Shown: positions 1 to 8,883, numbered from the stretch's first letter. The stretch: 64,000 bases of DNA from Candidatus Levyibacteriota bacterium (GCA_016186625.1 JACPLG010000003.1:9645-73644), one strand, 5' to 3'. Notes: generated by a model from the sequence alone, not told the origin. Program-made: numbers and translations.

Positions 1-255
1 TACAAATTTTTTACCGTAAGGTGAAAGGGTGTGCTCTACATAATTTCCGGAATAACTTTTTTCAATAAGTCCAGCACTCATTAGACGCCTGGTATGTTCG
101 CTAATTGTTTTCTGATTTGCCTTCAGACTGCCGACTATTCCTTCGAGCGTAATGTTCTTATTTTTATCTATTATCAGTAGGATTGCTATCCGATAGTGAT
201 TAGATATTCCTTTTAGGTGTCTTTCCATTTGCTTTGGGGTTTTTAATTCATTCAC
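1..255 (-). CDS. ArsR/SmtB-family winged-helix regulator (3' end outside window)
   Basis: Translated by hand from GTG at 255: MNELKTPKQMERHLKGISNHYRIAILLII...NQKTISEHTRRLMSAGLIEK, an ArsR HTH pattern. Not in the ORF track. Confidence 0.75.
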   Translation of the reverse strand, partial: MNELKTPKQMERHLKGISNHYRIAILLIIDKNKNITLEGIVGSLKANQKTISEHTRRLMSAGLIEKSYSGNYVEHTLSPYGKKFV

Positions 256-261
256 TAATCT

Positions 262-307
262 AGTATAACTTAAGCATTCTTAAAATCTCAAGATTTTAAG
301 AATGCTT
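262..307 (-). promoter_or_regulatory. Sigma70 promoter (TTGAGA-18-TATACT) overlapped by a perfect 17-2-17 inverted repeat; candidate autoregulatory operator
   Basis: AAGCATTCTTAAAATCT-CA-AGATTTTAAGAATGCTT at 272-307; TATACT lies 6 nt before the GTG. Confidence 0.6.
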
Positions 308-381
308 GTCTTGCAGAGATGGGGGTCTGGGGTGAAGTATTATGGAGGTTATAAGTTAATTTATATTAAAAATGGGGCGAG

Positions 382-406
382 TCCTTCGACTCTGCTCAGG
401 ATAAAC
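382..406 (+). repeat. REP-like short palindromic repeat (TCCTTCGACTCTGCTCAGGA family)
   Basis: 20/20 identical to the reverse complement of 35046-35065; related copies at 43211-43269 and about 25210-25233. Confidence 0.7.
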
Positions 407-522
407 GGAGGGAGACCGAAAGTAAATCCGGAATAAGTTAGAATAATTTGGAATAATTCCGAAAAATCCAGCCTCAAAATAAAGCAATTTTCTTATTCTA
501 ATGTTCTTAAGAATTTGAGAAT

Positions 523-625
523 GACGTACCAACATTCTCAAGTATGTTGGTATGTTCATGTTGCAGTGGAATGATAAATCTATCCTTAAATTCTCAAGTA
601 TTTAAGGATAGTTTCGTGTTGAAGG
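523..625. repeat. Two tandem hairpins with conserved TCTCAAG centre and TTG(C/A)AG tail
   Basis: TACCAACAT-TCTCAAGT-ATGTTGGTA (527-552) and CTATCCTTAAAT-TCTCAAGT-ATTTAAGGATAG (580-611). Confidence 0.7.
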
Positions 626-733
626 GGTGGATGGATTTAAAACTGTAGAATATTGATTTATTGAAGAGACGGGGAAAATTAAAATCCCGATGTGCGAAGC
701 CGTTCCACTTCGGAAGTGAATGTGTTTTGAATA

Positions 734-982
734 TTACCTTTCAAGAACAATTCCTATAATTTGTAAAACAAAACCCATAGCAAAAAGGCTGAAGCCAATA
801 ATCCCTAACTTTCTATTTTTAAGATGTTTCTTCTGATAATATTTACCGGTTTTCATATTCATTTTGAGTATCAGATCATCATCAACATATCGATTTATAT
901 TTAAATAAGGATACAGCATTATTAATGAAGCAATCGTATTAACTCCTAAACCCGAAACGATAAATAATGCCGAATAATTCAT
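734..982 (-). CDS. Small two-TM hypothetical membrane protein
   Basis: 82 aa with hydrophobic N- and C-terminal segments; last gene of the co-oriented array. Confidence 0.6.
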   Translation of the reverse strand: MNYSALFIVSGLGVNTIASLIMLYPYLNINRYVDDDLILKMNMKTGKYYQKKHLKNRKLGIIGFSLFAMGFVLQIIGIVLER

Positions 983-985
983 ATC

Positions 986-1017
986 TCTCTTAATTTTTAA
1001 TTGACCAGTTAGTTCTC
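986..1017 (-). repeat. 32-bp junction direct repeat, copy 3
   Basis: GAGAACTAACTGGTCAATTAAAAATTAAGAGA (minus strand). Confidence 0.65.
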
Positions 1018-1021
1018 GTTT

Positions 1022-1408
1022 TTAAAGTCTTTTTTCTACCTGTTTCTTAATAAAATTCATTATCCCTTGTCTAATTGATAAATATATTCTTACCTCGCCT
1101 GGTAAATCGCTTTGCTTGACAAAAGAGAAAGAAGCTTCAAGAAAGTGTCGAAACTCAGTTAATCTCGGAAGAAAAAGATCCATATAGCAGTAATCATTTG
1201 TATCAACATAAAATGCGTTTGGAGGAATTTTAAAATCTTCTAAATTATCGTTTGTAAGCTCTTCAAGCTTGTTTACTAGCTTTGAATAATTATCTGCGAT
1301 TTCTCTCCTAACATTGTGGGGGTGCTCTTTTTGAAGATAAGATTCTATGCCAACAATTCTGCTATATATTTGCTTAATTCTATCTTTATCTATTTTTGAA
1401 TTTTTCAT
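1022..1408 (-). CDS. Hypothetical protein
   Basis: 128 aa ORF bounded by two junction repeats. Confidence 0.65.
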   Translation of the reverse strand: MKNSKIDKDRIKQIYSRIVGIESYLQKEHPHNVRREIADNYSKLVNKLEELTNDNLEDFKIPPNAFYVDTNDYCYMDLFLPRLTEFRHFLEASFSFVKQSDLPGEVRIYLSIRQGIMNFIKKQVEKRL

Positions 1409-1431
1409 TTTGAATTTTAAATTCCTATCAT

Positions 1432-1463
1432 TCCCCTAATTTTTCACCGGCCAATTAGCTTTC
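1432..1463 (-). repeat. 32-bp junction direct repeat, copy 2
   Basis: GAAAGCTAATTGGCCGGTGAAAAATTAGGGGA (minus strand). Confidence 0.7.
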
Positions 1464-1468
1464 ATATC

Positions 1469-2062
1469 TCATAAGAGTTGGTTCAAATCAATATTAAATT
1501 CATTTATATATTTGTTGTGCCTTGAGATCGCTTCTTTGGGAGACATTCCATCTAACTTTTTAATATACCCAATTACATCTTTATTATAAGCTTTCATAAT
1601 AAATGTACCGAACAATCTAATCTTTTCTTGTTCTTCCTTCGGAAAATTAATAGTTATGTTGTTTCTAAAATAGCAGTAAAGTTTATCTAAATCTTCAAGA
1701 TTATTAATAAACATTGCATCTCTCCAGCTCTCTGGGTACCGAGTTCTATATGCATTTTCGAGTTGTTGAAAGAAATTTTCTACAGATTGATGATAGGTCT
1801 TTTCTGGCAATTTTAACATTACAACTTTGAAGAGCTTAACCAATTTATGTTCATATTGTTTTAGATCCTTCTGTGTTAGATGTTTATTTTCTGTGATTTT
1901 TGCTTCAATAATCAAAAATAATTTAAAAAGTTTCTCAAAAGCTTCAGCAGCTTTTGACAAACCTGTATGGGTTAACCCGTTGATTAAAAGAATTCTTGCT
2001 GATAAATAATCCATATCGGCTATTCCAAGGTATTCAAGTCTTTTAATTAAACTTTCACTCAT
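1469..2062 (-). CDS. HEPN-domain protein
   Basis: ADMDYLSARILL, AAEAFEKLFK, EHKLVKL and RTRYP follow the helical HEPN pattern (D-x-x-A, E-K-x-x-K, H-x-L-x-x-L, R-Y-P). Confidence 0.65.
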   Translation of the reverse strand: MSESLIKRLEYLGIADMDYLSARILLINGLTHTGLSKAAEAFEKLFKLFLIIEAKITENKHLTQKDLKQYEHKLVKLFKVVMLKLPEKTYHQSVENFFQQLENAYRTRYPESWRDAMFINNLEDLDKLYCYFRNNITINFPKEEQEKIRLFGTFIMKAYNKDVIGYIKKLDGMSPKEAISRHNKYINEFNIDLNQLL

Positions 2063-2067
2063 AAAAT

Positions 2068-2099
2068 TCTCCTAATTTTTCACTGGTCAGTTAGTTTTT
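2068..2099 (-). repeat. 32-bp junction direct repeat, copy 1 (supplies the stop codon of the SNase gene)
   Basis: AAAAACTAACTGACCAGTGAAAAATTAGGAGA (minus strand). Confidence 0.7.
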
Positions 2100-2364
2100 G
2101 TTTATAACCTTTTTTTTGCATTTTTTCATTAATTGTGGTTTTTTCGCCTAGTGACCTAGCAATTATGACTTTTCGATTGTATGATATACCTTCTACATCT
2201 GCTATCAAATCTTTTCCATCAATTAGATTAGAAAGGGTGTCTTTTGCTCTTTGATATCCTCTTTCTCTTTTTTCAGGAGTATTAACATTAGCTAAGCGGA
2301 AGAATCTATTCCGCGAGTCTTGGAATGTATCTCCATCAATGACTTTTTTGACTCTTATTTTCAT
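2080..2364 (-). CDS. Thermonuclease (SNase-like) domain protein, short, no signal peptide
   Basis: VKKVIDGDTF, RLANVNTPE and YNR motifs; AGGAGGTGA SD at 2371-2379. Confidence 0.8.
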   Translation of the reverse strand: MKIRVKKVIDGDTFQDSRNRFFRLANVNTPEKRERGYQRAKDTLSNLIDGKDLIADVEGISYNRKVIIARSLGEKTTINEKMQKKGYKQKLTDQ

Positions 2365-2385
2365 CAATAATCACCTCCTTTATAT

Positions 2386-2676
2386 TTAATTTCTGGCTTT
2401 TATAGGACAGGTTAATCTACCTTCACTTCTTGTTGCATTGTTATACCATTGTAATGGTCTTAAATTTGATAAGTCATCTGTACCACCATCTGATTCTGGT
2501 TTAATGTGGTCAATTTCCCAACCAGTGTTATTTTGGCTTGATCTGCTCCCATACATATTTTTATCAATCAAAGCTCCGCAAGTATCCTTTCGTCTATAGC
2601 TGGGATCTATCCCTGGGATCAGCATACCTTTTTCCCAGACCTTTTGGATAACATCATCACTAAATTTTTGAAACAT
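2386..2676 (-). CDS. HNH endonuclease
   Basis: GWEIDHIKPESDGGTDDLSNLRPLQWYNN; AGGAGGTGA SD at 2686-2694. Confidence 0.9.
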   Translation of the reverse strand: MFQKFSDDVIQKVWEKGMLIPGIDPSYRRKDTCGALIDKNMYGSRSSQNNTGWEIDHIKPESDGGTDDLSNLRPLQWYNNATRSEGRLTCPIKARN

Positions 2677-2678
2677 AT

Positions 2679-3332
2679 TTATTTATCACCTCCTGTTAAA
2701 TTTCGTTGTGACTTAAAAACACCTATTGCAACACCATCTATATTAAAAGTCTTACCTTCATCGGTTTTATTAAAAACAAGATTGCCAAACTGCGGATTTA
2801 TGGATTCTAGTAAGTATTGGCCGGCAATTTCCTTAAATTTTTTGATAACAAAACCTTCCTGAGTTCTGGCGACAACAATTCTCCCGGAATCCGTAAAGTG
2901 TCCAGGCTCAAATACCACAAGATCTCCATCTTCTATTTTAGGTTCCATACTTTTACCAACTGCTTTTATAAGATATAAAGCGCTTTTTAAATTCCGGTTT
3001 ATAATACCAAGAGGGATTGGCACCATTTCAACGGTCGCCTCATCAACTATATGGTCAAGAGCTTGCCCACAGCTCGCGCGTCCAAGTAGTGGAAGGAGTG
3101 CAATTCCACCAGTTATTTCATCTGGTGAATTTACACGCACCACCTTACCGTATTGATCTCTTACTAAATAACCAAGCTCTTCAAGTCTTCGGATGTGGTA
3201 AAGGACTGCGTTTGGTGAATCAAGATCAAGTAGGTTGGCCAACTCCCTTAAAGACAAAGATTCGTTATGGCCTATCGAGGACCGTAGAATTTCTAATATT
3301 TTTATTTGTACATTTGATAATTTTTTGAACAT
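2679..3332 (-). CDS. LexA-like repressor (wHTH plus S24 peptidase)
   Basis: SLRELA...SPNAVLYHIRRLEELGYL HTH; LLGRASCG cleavage site (Cys-Gly); GKSMEP catalytic Ser; VIKK catalytic Lys. Confidence 0.85.
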   Translation of the reverse strand: MFKKLSNVQIKILEILRSSIGHNESLSLRELANLLDLDSPNAVLYHIRRLEELGYLVRDQYGKVVRVNSPDEITGGIALLPLLGRASCGQALDHIVDEATVEMVPIPLGIINRNLKSALYLIKAVGKSMEPKIEDGDLVVFEPGHFTDSGRIVVARTQEGFVIKKFKEIAGQYLLESINPQFGNLVFNKTDEGKTFNIDGVAIGVFKSQRNLTGGDK

Positions 3333-3340
3333 ATTTTTTC

Positions 3341-3369
3341 ATATTACCAAAAATTCTTATATTATGCAA
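3341..3369 (-). promoter_or_regulatory. Promoter of the lexA-like operon (TTGCAT-17-TAATAT)
   Basis: -10 box 8 nt before the ATG; near-leaderless. Confidence 0.5.
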
Positions 3370-3468
3370 GCTATTTAAACATTATGGCTACAAAAACTAT
3401 TATTTAAATTAAAATAGGTTATGAGGCTGAGATTAAGCAATCTGGGTTTGGAAAGTTAACCTAAGCAA

Positions 3469-6400
3469 TCAGAATTTTATTGCATTGTTTACTAGTAAAT
3501 AAAACTTATTTTTTTGGCAAAGTGCCTTTACGTATTTAGCATCAGATATTTTTGTCTCTGGTATATCAATATTGAAATAAAGAGCAAAAACTAAATCGTC
3601 AATGTGATCTTTAATGGCTTTCTGTTTTTCTATGTCGATAAGAGGGGTAGTTTTTAGTTCAGATAAAGCAATTTCATTATTTTCAAAGTCTGGTTCTAAT
3701 TCTTTATCCCAGCCGCTTAAAAATTTGCTAACTAGTTCTTTATCTTTTTTTATGGGCAACCTTGTTTCTTTATCCGCTCGTTTAAGAACTAGTTGGCTAT
3801 TGTCAACAATAACTGAGTCAAATTTCTGAGTCATAATTCCTGAAAAATCAACTAAATCCGCAAGAGTTTCTTCTTCTAGTTTCAGGAGTTTTACTGCTAG
3901 TTCGACAATTTTACTTTAAACTAATAGATTTTCTTTGCTTATTTTTGGTACTCGAACAAATTCTTTTACTGAGGTTGTAGATACTAATAAGTCTTTTTCA
4001 TTTTCGCTTTTAAGAAATGAATCCAACATCATGCGAGTTGTATTTGAGTTAAGAAGTGCAAAAATATAAATAATTTCGTTTTCATTTTCTGTTCCAATAG
4101 CACAAACTTGATTTCTTGCCCACACTACTGGAAGGGAAGTAAAGTGAAATTTTTTTGGATTTGCGTATGACCAGATTATTTTGTATTTACTATCGAGTAA
4201 ACTAAATCCTTGATTTGCTTGTCTAAGTCTAATTCTATAAGCGGAATTTCCTTCCCTAATATTCGGCCAGTAACCCCTGTTTTCTTTAATTGTCCAAAAT
4301 CTATGATTCAATTTGGGATAGTAATAATACTCACCACTGTCGGGAGGGGTGTTGAGTCTTCTTTTTTCATCGATACTGTAACCGCTGTCAAAATAAAACT
4401 TACTATTGAAATTTAACTTCGCAAGTTGATGGTTGTAATAAATAGAAATATCAGCAGAATTGTTTTTATATTTTTCTAGGAGTTCAACAAACCCACTCTT
4501 CTTAGTAATAAAATTCCAGTTCTTAACATTCACTAATAAATTCTGCTGGGTAACCTTCTTTTTATCGACATGTTTACCTTTTCTAATATTTTCTAAACAT
4601 TTTTCAACATCATCATCTGGATTCTTGTAATTAACAACCTCAATAGAATTTGAAGCTGAAGCTATTTTTCTTTGTGCAACAAAAATCAGGCTTGAAGTGG
4701 CTACTGGTTTATTTTGTTTTAAACCTCGTCCTATAAACATTTTTCCACTGAAAACTATAATTTTTTCTATGGTGGTAAATTTTGCTAAGTGATATCGTAT
4801 TACGTCCAAATCACCTGCGGTTAATATGGTTTGGGGAATGATATAGCAGATTTTTCCGTTATCCTTGAGCAAAGCTAAACCTAGGGCAATAAAAAAAGCA
4901 TATAAATTCGGATTCGGTCTATATCTTTTAGTATTATCAGGTGTGCTGTGAAGATTTACACCATAAATGTTATTTAATTTTGCATTACCTTCTTTCATTA
5001 GTTTAAACATGAGCATACCCTGTTTAGAGCTTTTGTTGTAAGAAACATAAGGCGGGTTTCCAATAACAAAATCAAAACGTCTTCGAGGTATGTCTGGAAG
5101 GTTTTCCAGACTTTGTTTCATTTCTTTCAAATCATCTTCGTCACGAACATAGCTTTGATATCCAAGGTTGAGTTTGTCTGTAAACATAGACATTTGTCCT
5201 GCAGAGTGACCAGCTTTTTCGTATTCAACGTTCATATCGCTAAGCGTATTTCTAATTGCAGTGTCCATAAATTCCGAAACAGAATCCCGAGTTTTGAACA
5301 CCTTTATTTTTTTATCAATTGGGTTGTTGTATTTTTGATTTATGATTAATGGAAGAAGACGCATTAAGACACTCATTTCAGCAAGATAAAGCGGGAATTC
5401 CTCTATGTCTAAACCGAAAATGTTATTTGCAACCGCTTCTTCAATTTTCTTAGAGGATTCCTCTGTAAAACCATCTTTAAAAGCTTGAACAATTATATCT
5501 GTTGCAGCGTATAAGAAAGTACCACTGCCGCAAGCAGGGTCTATTAACGAAATGCTATCTTTATCAAACTCATATCTTTTCTTAATCCATTCAGGGGTAT
5601 AACTGATTTGTTCGAGCATGAAGTTTACTACCGCAGGATCGGTGAAATATTGTCCTTTCTGGCTTTCCTCATAAAGCTCTTTGAGGTAGTTCTCGTAAAT
5701 GAAACCAAATATTTCGTTTCTGACATTAGCGAAGTTGTATTTTTTGATGAAGACAAAGATATCAAGCCAAGGGGAAACTTCATTAAGATTGTTTTTCAAA
5801 CTTCGAAGTAGTTCAAAGATTTTGGTGTTTATAAACTCCTGTTCTTTGTAGAAAGGCCGATAAATATTTTTAGATATCGTGTTAGAAATTCCATTTATAA
5901 CCCCCAAAATATCTTTATAAGCATTTTTTTTAAGGCTTTGGTGGATTGTATCAACTAGTTCTTCAAATTCTTGAGGAAAATCGTCAAACTCATTATCAAC
6001 TAAAGTTTTATAGAGGATAAATTGGATAATATAGGCGTAGGTTAATTCAACTGCTCGTTGTTCCTTGCTTTTATCTTCGGTGGATTCCAAATATCCTTCT
6101 ATGTGCAGTTTGTTTTTGAAACTTAGAATAAGTTTAGTAATATCTTCGAAAAACGCCTGACGTTGTTCCTCTACTGGAAGAATAATCTCTTCTATTAAAG
6201 CAAGTTGTACAGTTTTTTCGAAAAAAGACAGGTAATAAAGATCTGGTTTAATATATTCTTTCCAGAAGGTTAAAAAAAGCTGGGTATTATCAAATATGGT
6301 CTCAAGGGTATAAGTTTTATAGACGTTGTTATTGTAGAAACGCCAACTAAAACCATCAGTTAAAATTCCATATTGTTTTTCGAAGTCTTTTTGGTAGTTA

Positions 6401-6699
6401 ACAAGTTGGGTTTCACCGGCTTTAATATTCTGATAGCATTCTACTTCTACTGGAATTGCAATTTCGGTATTTATAAATATATAGAAATCAGCCCTACGTC
6501 GTTCTTTTGCATTCTTTTCTTGAATAAATTCGTAATTCCTAGAGGTTGATCTTGTGGACAATCTCCCCTCTTTAAGATTAAATAATTCTCTGCTTGAGAG
6601 TATATCCCTAACAAAGCTTTGGACACCTGATCCTACTTCATGAGTCTTATAATGATCTTTTTCTTTTTTCCATTTATTTTTTATTTCGGAAATTGTCAT
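3469..6699 (-). pseudogene. Type IIG-like restriction-modification fusion / N6-adenine methyltransferase interrupted by one in-frame TAA (3916-3918)
   Basis: RADFYIF..PVEVECY and GILTDG nuclease-like N-terminus; GQYFT, LIDPACGSGTF and FDFVIGNPPY motifs. The frame continues past the TAA (SKIVELAVKLLKLEEETLADLVDFSGI) into ORF 3469..3834. Confidence 0.8.
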
Positions 6700-6739
6700 T
6701 TTGTGGGATTATAGTACGATTGTAGCAAAAAAGGAAGAT

Positions 6740-7033
6740 TTACGAATCAAAAGACCAGTCTTTATTGTCTTGCGCGACTATTTTCCCAGGAGAACCTTGA
6801 TTAACGTAAATTTCAAAAAAAATCTTTGATGTTTTTTCGTCTGAGGCTTCACCTTTCCCTGCACCGCCTATGCCCATAACTCCAACGCTTATTTTACCTT
6901 CTTTTGTAGTTCTTTTTATTACAGCTATTTCAAATCTAACAATCCCTCTGTCTATGCTGTTATTTCCTTTTCCCTCGTTTATCTGACGAAGAGTCTCTTG
7001 GATAAATTCTTTAAGTTCATTGTTTTCTTCCAT
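6740..7033 (-). CDS. Small beta-rich hypothetical protein, Trypco2-like
   Basis: ELKEFIQETL, VRFEIAV, Gly-rich GVMGIGGAGKG and SKIFF layout resembles trypsin-co-occurring domains. Confidence 0.5.
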   Translation of the reverse strand: MEENNELKEFIQETLRQINEGKGNNSIDRGIVRFEIAVIKRTTKEGKISVGVMGIGGAGKGEASDEKTSKIFFEIYVNQGSPGKIVAQDNKDWSFDS

Positions 7034-7129
7034 GACGGTAATTCTACCACTTTTGAGGCCAATTTAAAACCGAAAGGTTTTTAAAAAGATTAAAGATTAT
7101 AAATTAATGATTAAAGGAAATAACAATTA

Positions 7130-7157
7130 TTGACTAGGCCCTACGGTATGCTATAAT
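7130..7157 (+). promoter_or_regulatory. Strong sigma70 promoter TTGACT-16-TATAAT with extended -10 TG and no downstream ORF
   Basis: TTGACT at 7130-7135; TGcTATAAT at 7149-7157. Confidence 0.75.
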
Positions 7158-7162
7158 AAGCA

Positions 7163-7239
7163 TACAAAGACTCTGTTTCCGAATTGTCACCGTATGGTGC
7201 GCGTTCCAGACTTACGTTTGGATAGGGGGCAGAGTCGTC
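7163..7239 (+). ncRNA. Candidate small structured RNA (three-way junction) convergent on DUF3800; DUF3800-RNA-motif-like
   Basis: P1 GACTCTGTTTCC/GGGGGCAGAGTC (7169-7180/7225-7236); P2 CACC-GTAT-GGTG (7188-7199); P3 TCCAGAC-TTAC-GTTTGGA (7205-7222). G-U pairs favour the + strand; GC-rich in AT-rich context. Confidence 0.7.
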
Positions 7240-7863
7240 TTATTTAAAAAGCCAAACATCCTCAAATTTTCTTGATTCTTTTAATATTTCAAAATACTTT
7301 TTATCTTTCTCAGAATACTTAGCAAATACACTTCCCGCTATCATGTCAGCAAGCTGAATTAAGGTATTTTCTTTGGAATCCGCAAATTTTAAATCACTGA
7401 AGACTTTCTTGTTTTTGTTATCAAGTTCTCTACTCAAATAAACCCTTAAATTATCTCTTAAGAGCTTTTCGCCTCTTTTATCAAATTTCAACTTCGCTTT
7501 TTTAATGTGTCCTTCGCTATGCTTTAAAACCTGCATAATTATGTAGTTATAGAAATCCTCTTTATAATTTTTAAGTCGCTTACTATATATAACATCTTTT
7601 TTAACAACAATAGCCCTTACTCTATATTTATAGCCCCTGACAGAGTCAATAAAATTTTTCTTAAATCTGGGACTGCATTTATTAAATTTAAATTCGTAAA
7701 AGTCGGAAACTTTCAGCCTTCTTCTCAATTCTTTTATAGACAAAGATGTCTTCTCCGCTTCAAGTTCATCTTCGAAAATAACTAGTGCAATCACAAATAC
7801 TTTACTTGAGCCTTTTTCTGTTTTAAAGCCGGGATCACCGGAGTCATCAATAAAAACAAGCAT
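7240..7863 (-). CDS. DUF3800 family protein (predicted RNase H-like fold)
   Basis: N-terminal FIDDSGD, EFKF and C-terminal DSK...IQLADMIAG motifs. Confidence 0.85.
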   Translation of the reverse strand: MLVFIDDSGDPGFKTEKGSSKVFVIALVIFEDELEAEKTSLSIKELRRRLKVSDFYEFKFNKCSPRFKKNFIDSVRGYKYRVRAIVVKKDVIYSKRLKNYKEDFYNYIIMQVLKHSEGHIKKAKLKFDKRGEKLLRDNLRVYLSRELDNKNKKVFSDLKFADSKENTLIQLADMIAGSVFAKYSEKDKKYFEILKESRKFEDVWLFK

Positions 7864-8076
7864 TTTAAAATTATACTGCTAGATCTTTATTTTGGATAGT
7901 TATGAAGTATCAATTTATTATTGGGTGGTTGAAGATTAATGATTAAAGAGTTAATTCTACTTGACGGTAGAATGTGGAAGATAGAAAGTGGATTTTTGAA
8001 GATAGATAGTTGAGGATTGAGTAAGAACTAACGTTGTCAAGGGAAAGAGGGGCCGCAGTCTCAACCCAACTTTGAC

Positions 8077-8564
8077 TCAATTAAGTACTACAATTGCAAA
8101 ATTTAATACAGAGGCAAATGACACCCACAAGAGGCAAATGACACCCACAAAATATACGGAAGCAAAAGATAGGATGCGCTCCTTGAAATAAGAAAAAAGG
8201 CCCGGATTGTCAGAAAAATCATTACCCATAAAGCTATAATATTTACTAATCCAAAAAGAGGGTTTTGAAATCCGAAAAACACAATGGACCATGAAGTGTT
8301 AAGAAACAATTGGATAAGAAACAGCTTGATTGCCCGCTCTTTATTTTTTGAACCTTTGGAAGTCCAAATTAGATAAAATGAGATTCCCATCAGGATATAA
8401 AGAGCTGTCCAGACCGGACCGAATAGAAAATCCGGAGGACTGAATGAGGGTTTCTCAAGGGTGCGGTACCAGGAATCAATTGAAGAAATAGTAAAATATG
8501 ATCCTATTCCTCCTGCTATAAATGGCAGGGCAAGAGAAATAATTAACTTTGGGAAACTCTTCAC
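8077..8564 (-). pseudogene. tspO: TspO/MBR tryptophan-rich sensory protein, frameshifted near the 3' end by a 20-bp tandem duplication
   Basis: WYRTLEKPSFSPP, FGPVWTALY and LLLPYILWVSFA motifs. GAGGCAAATGACACCCACAA occurs twice at 8111-8150. The native end SVLNFAIVVLN* is in the other frame. Confidence 0.8.
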
Positions 8565-8636
8565 AAATTAAGTATAGCAATTTTCCCCAAATTTCTCTTT
8601 GATTTGATTCTAAAATTGGTGTATTATATTCACACT

Positions 8637-8846
8637 ATGCCTCATATAATTGAGCAAAACCCAAAGATTTTAAGCGGACAACCGGTCATTAGGAACACAA
8701 GAATTCCTGTAGCTAGAGTATTGGCTCTAATTGGAATGGGATATACACTTCCCAAATTAAAAAGAGAACTTCCGGACCTAAATAAACTAACAAAGAAAGA
8801 TCTCGCAGATATATTTTTCCACTATTCCCAACTTGCGTCAAAGTAA
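8637..8846 (+). CDS. DUF433 domain protein (antitoxin-like)
   Basis: IEQNPKILSGQPVIRNTRIPV motif; ATG at 8637 preferred. Confidence 0.8.
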   Translation: MPHIIEQNPKILSGQPVIRNTRIPVARVLALIGMGYTLPKLKRELPDLNKLTKKDLADIFFHYSQLASK

Positions 8847-8883
8847 ATAATCCTGATGATTTCTGGGGAAAGGCGATAAAAAT

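Noticed and set aside
356-559. 67-aa ORF
   Set aside because: It runs through a REP-like repeat and hairpins and has no protein-like features.
272-2099. CRISPR array or classical integron
   Set aside because: The repeats are degenerate with gene-sized or irregular spacing. There are no cas or intI genes and no clear RYYYAAC/GTTRRRY attC ends.
3916-3918. Stop-codon reassignment (code 25)
   Set aside because: The interrupting codon is TAA, and both TGA and TAA end many conserved genes normally here.
7163-7239. tRNA
   Set aside because: tRNA-sized, but only two internal arms and no TTC T-loop or CCA.
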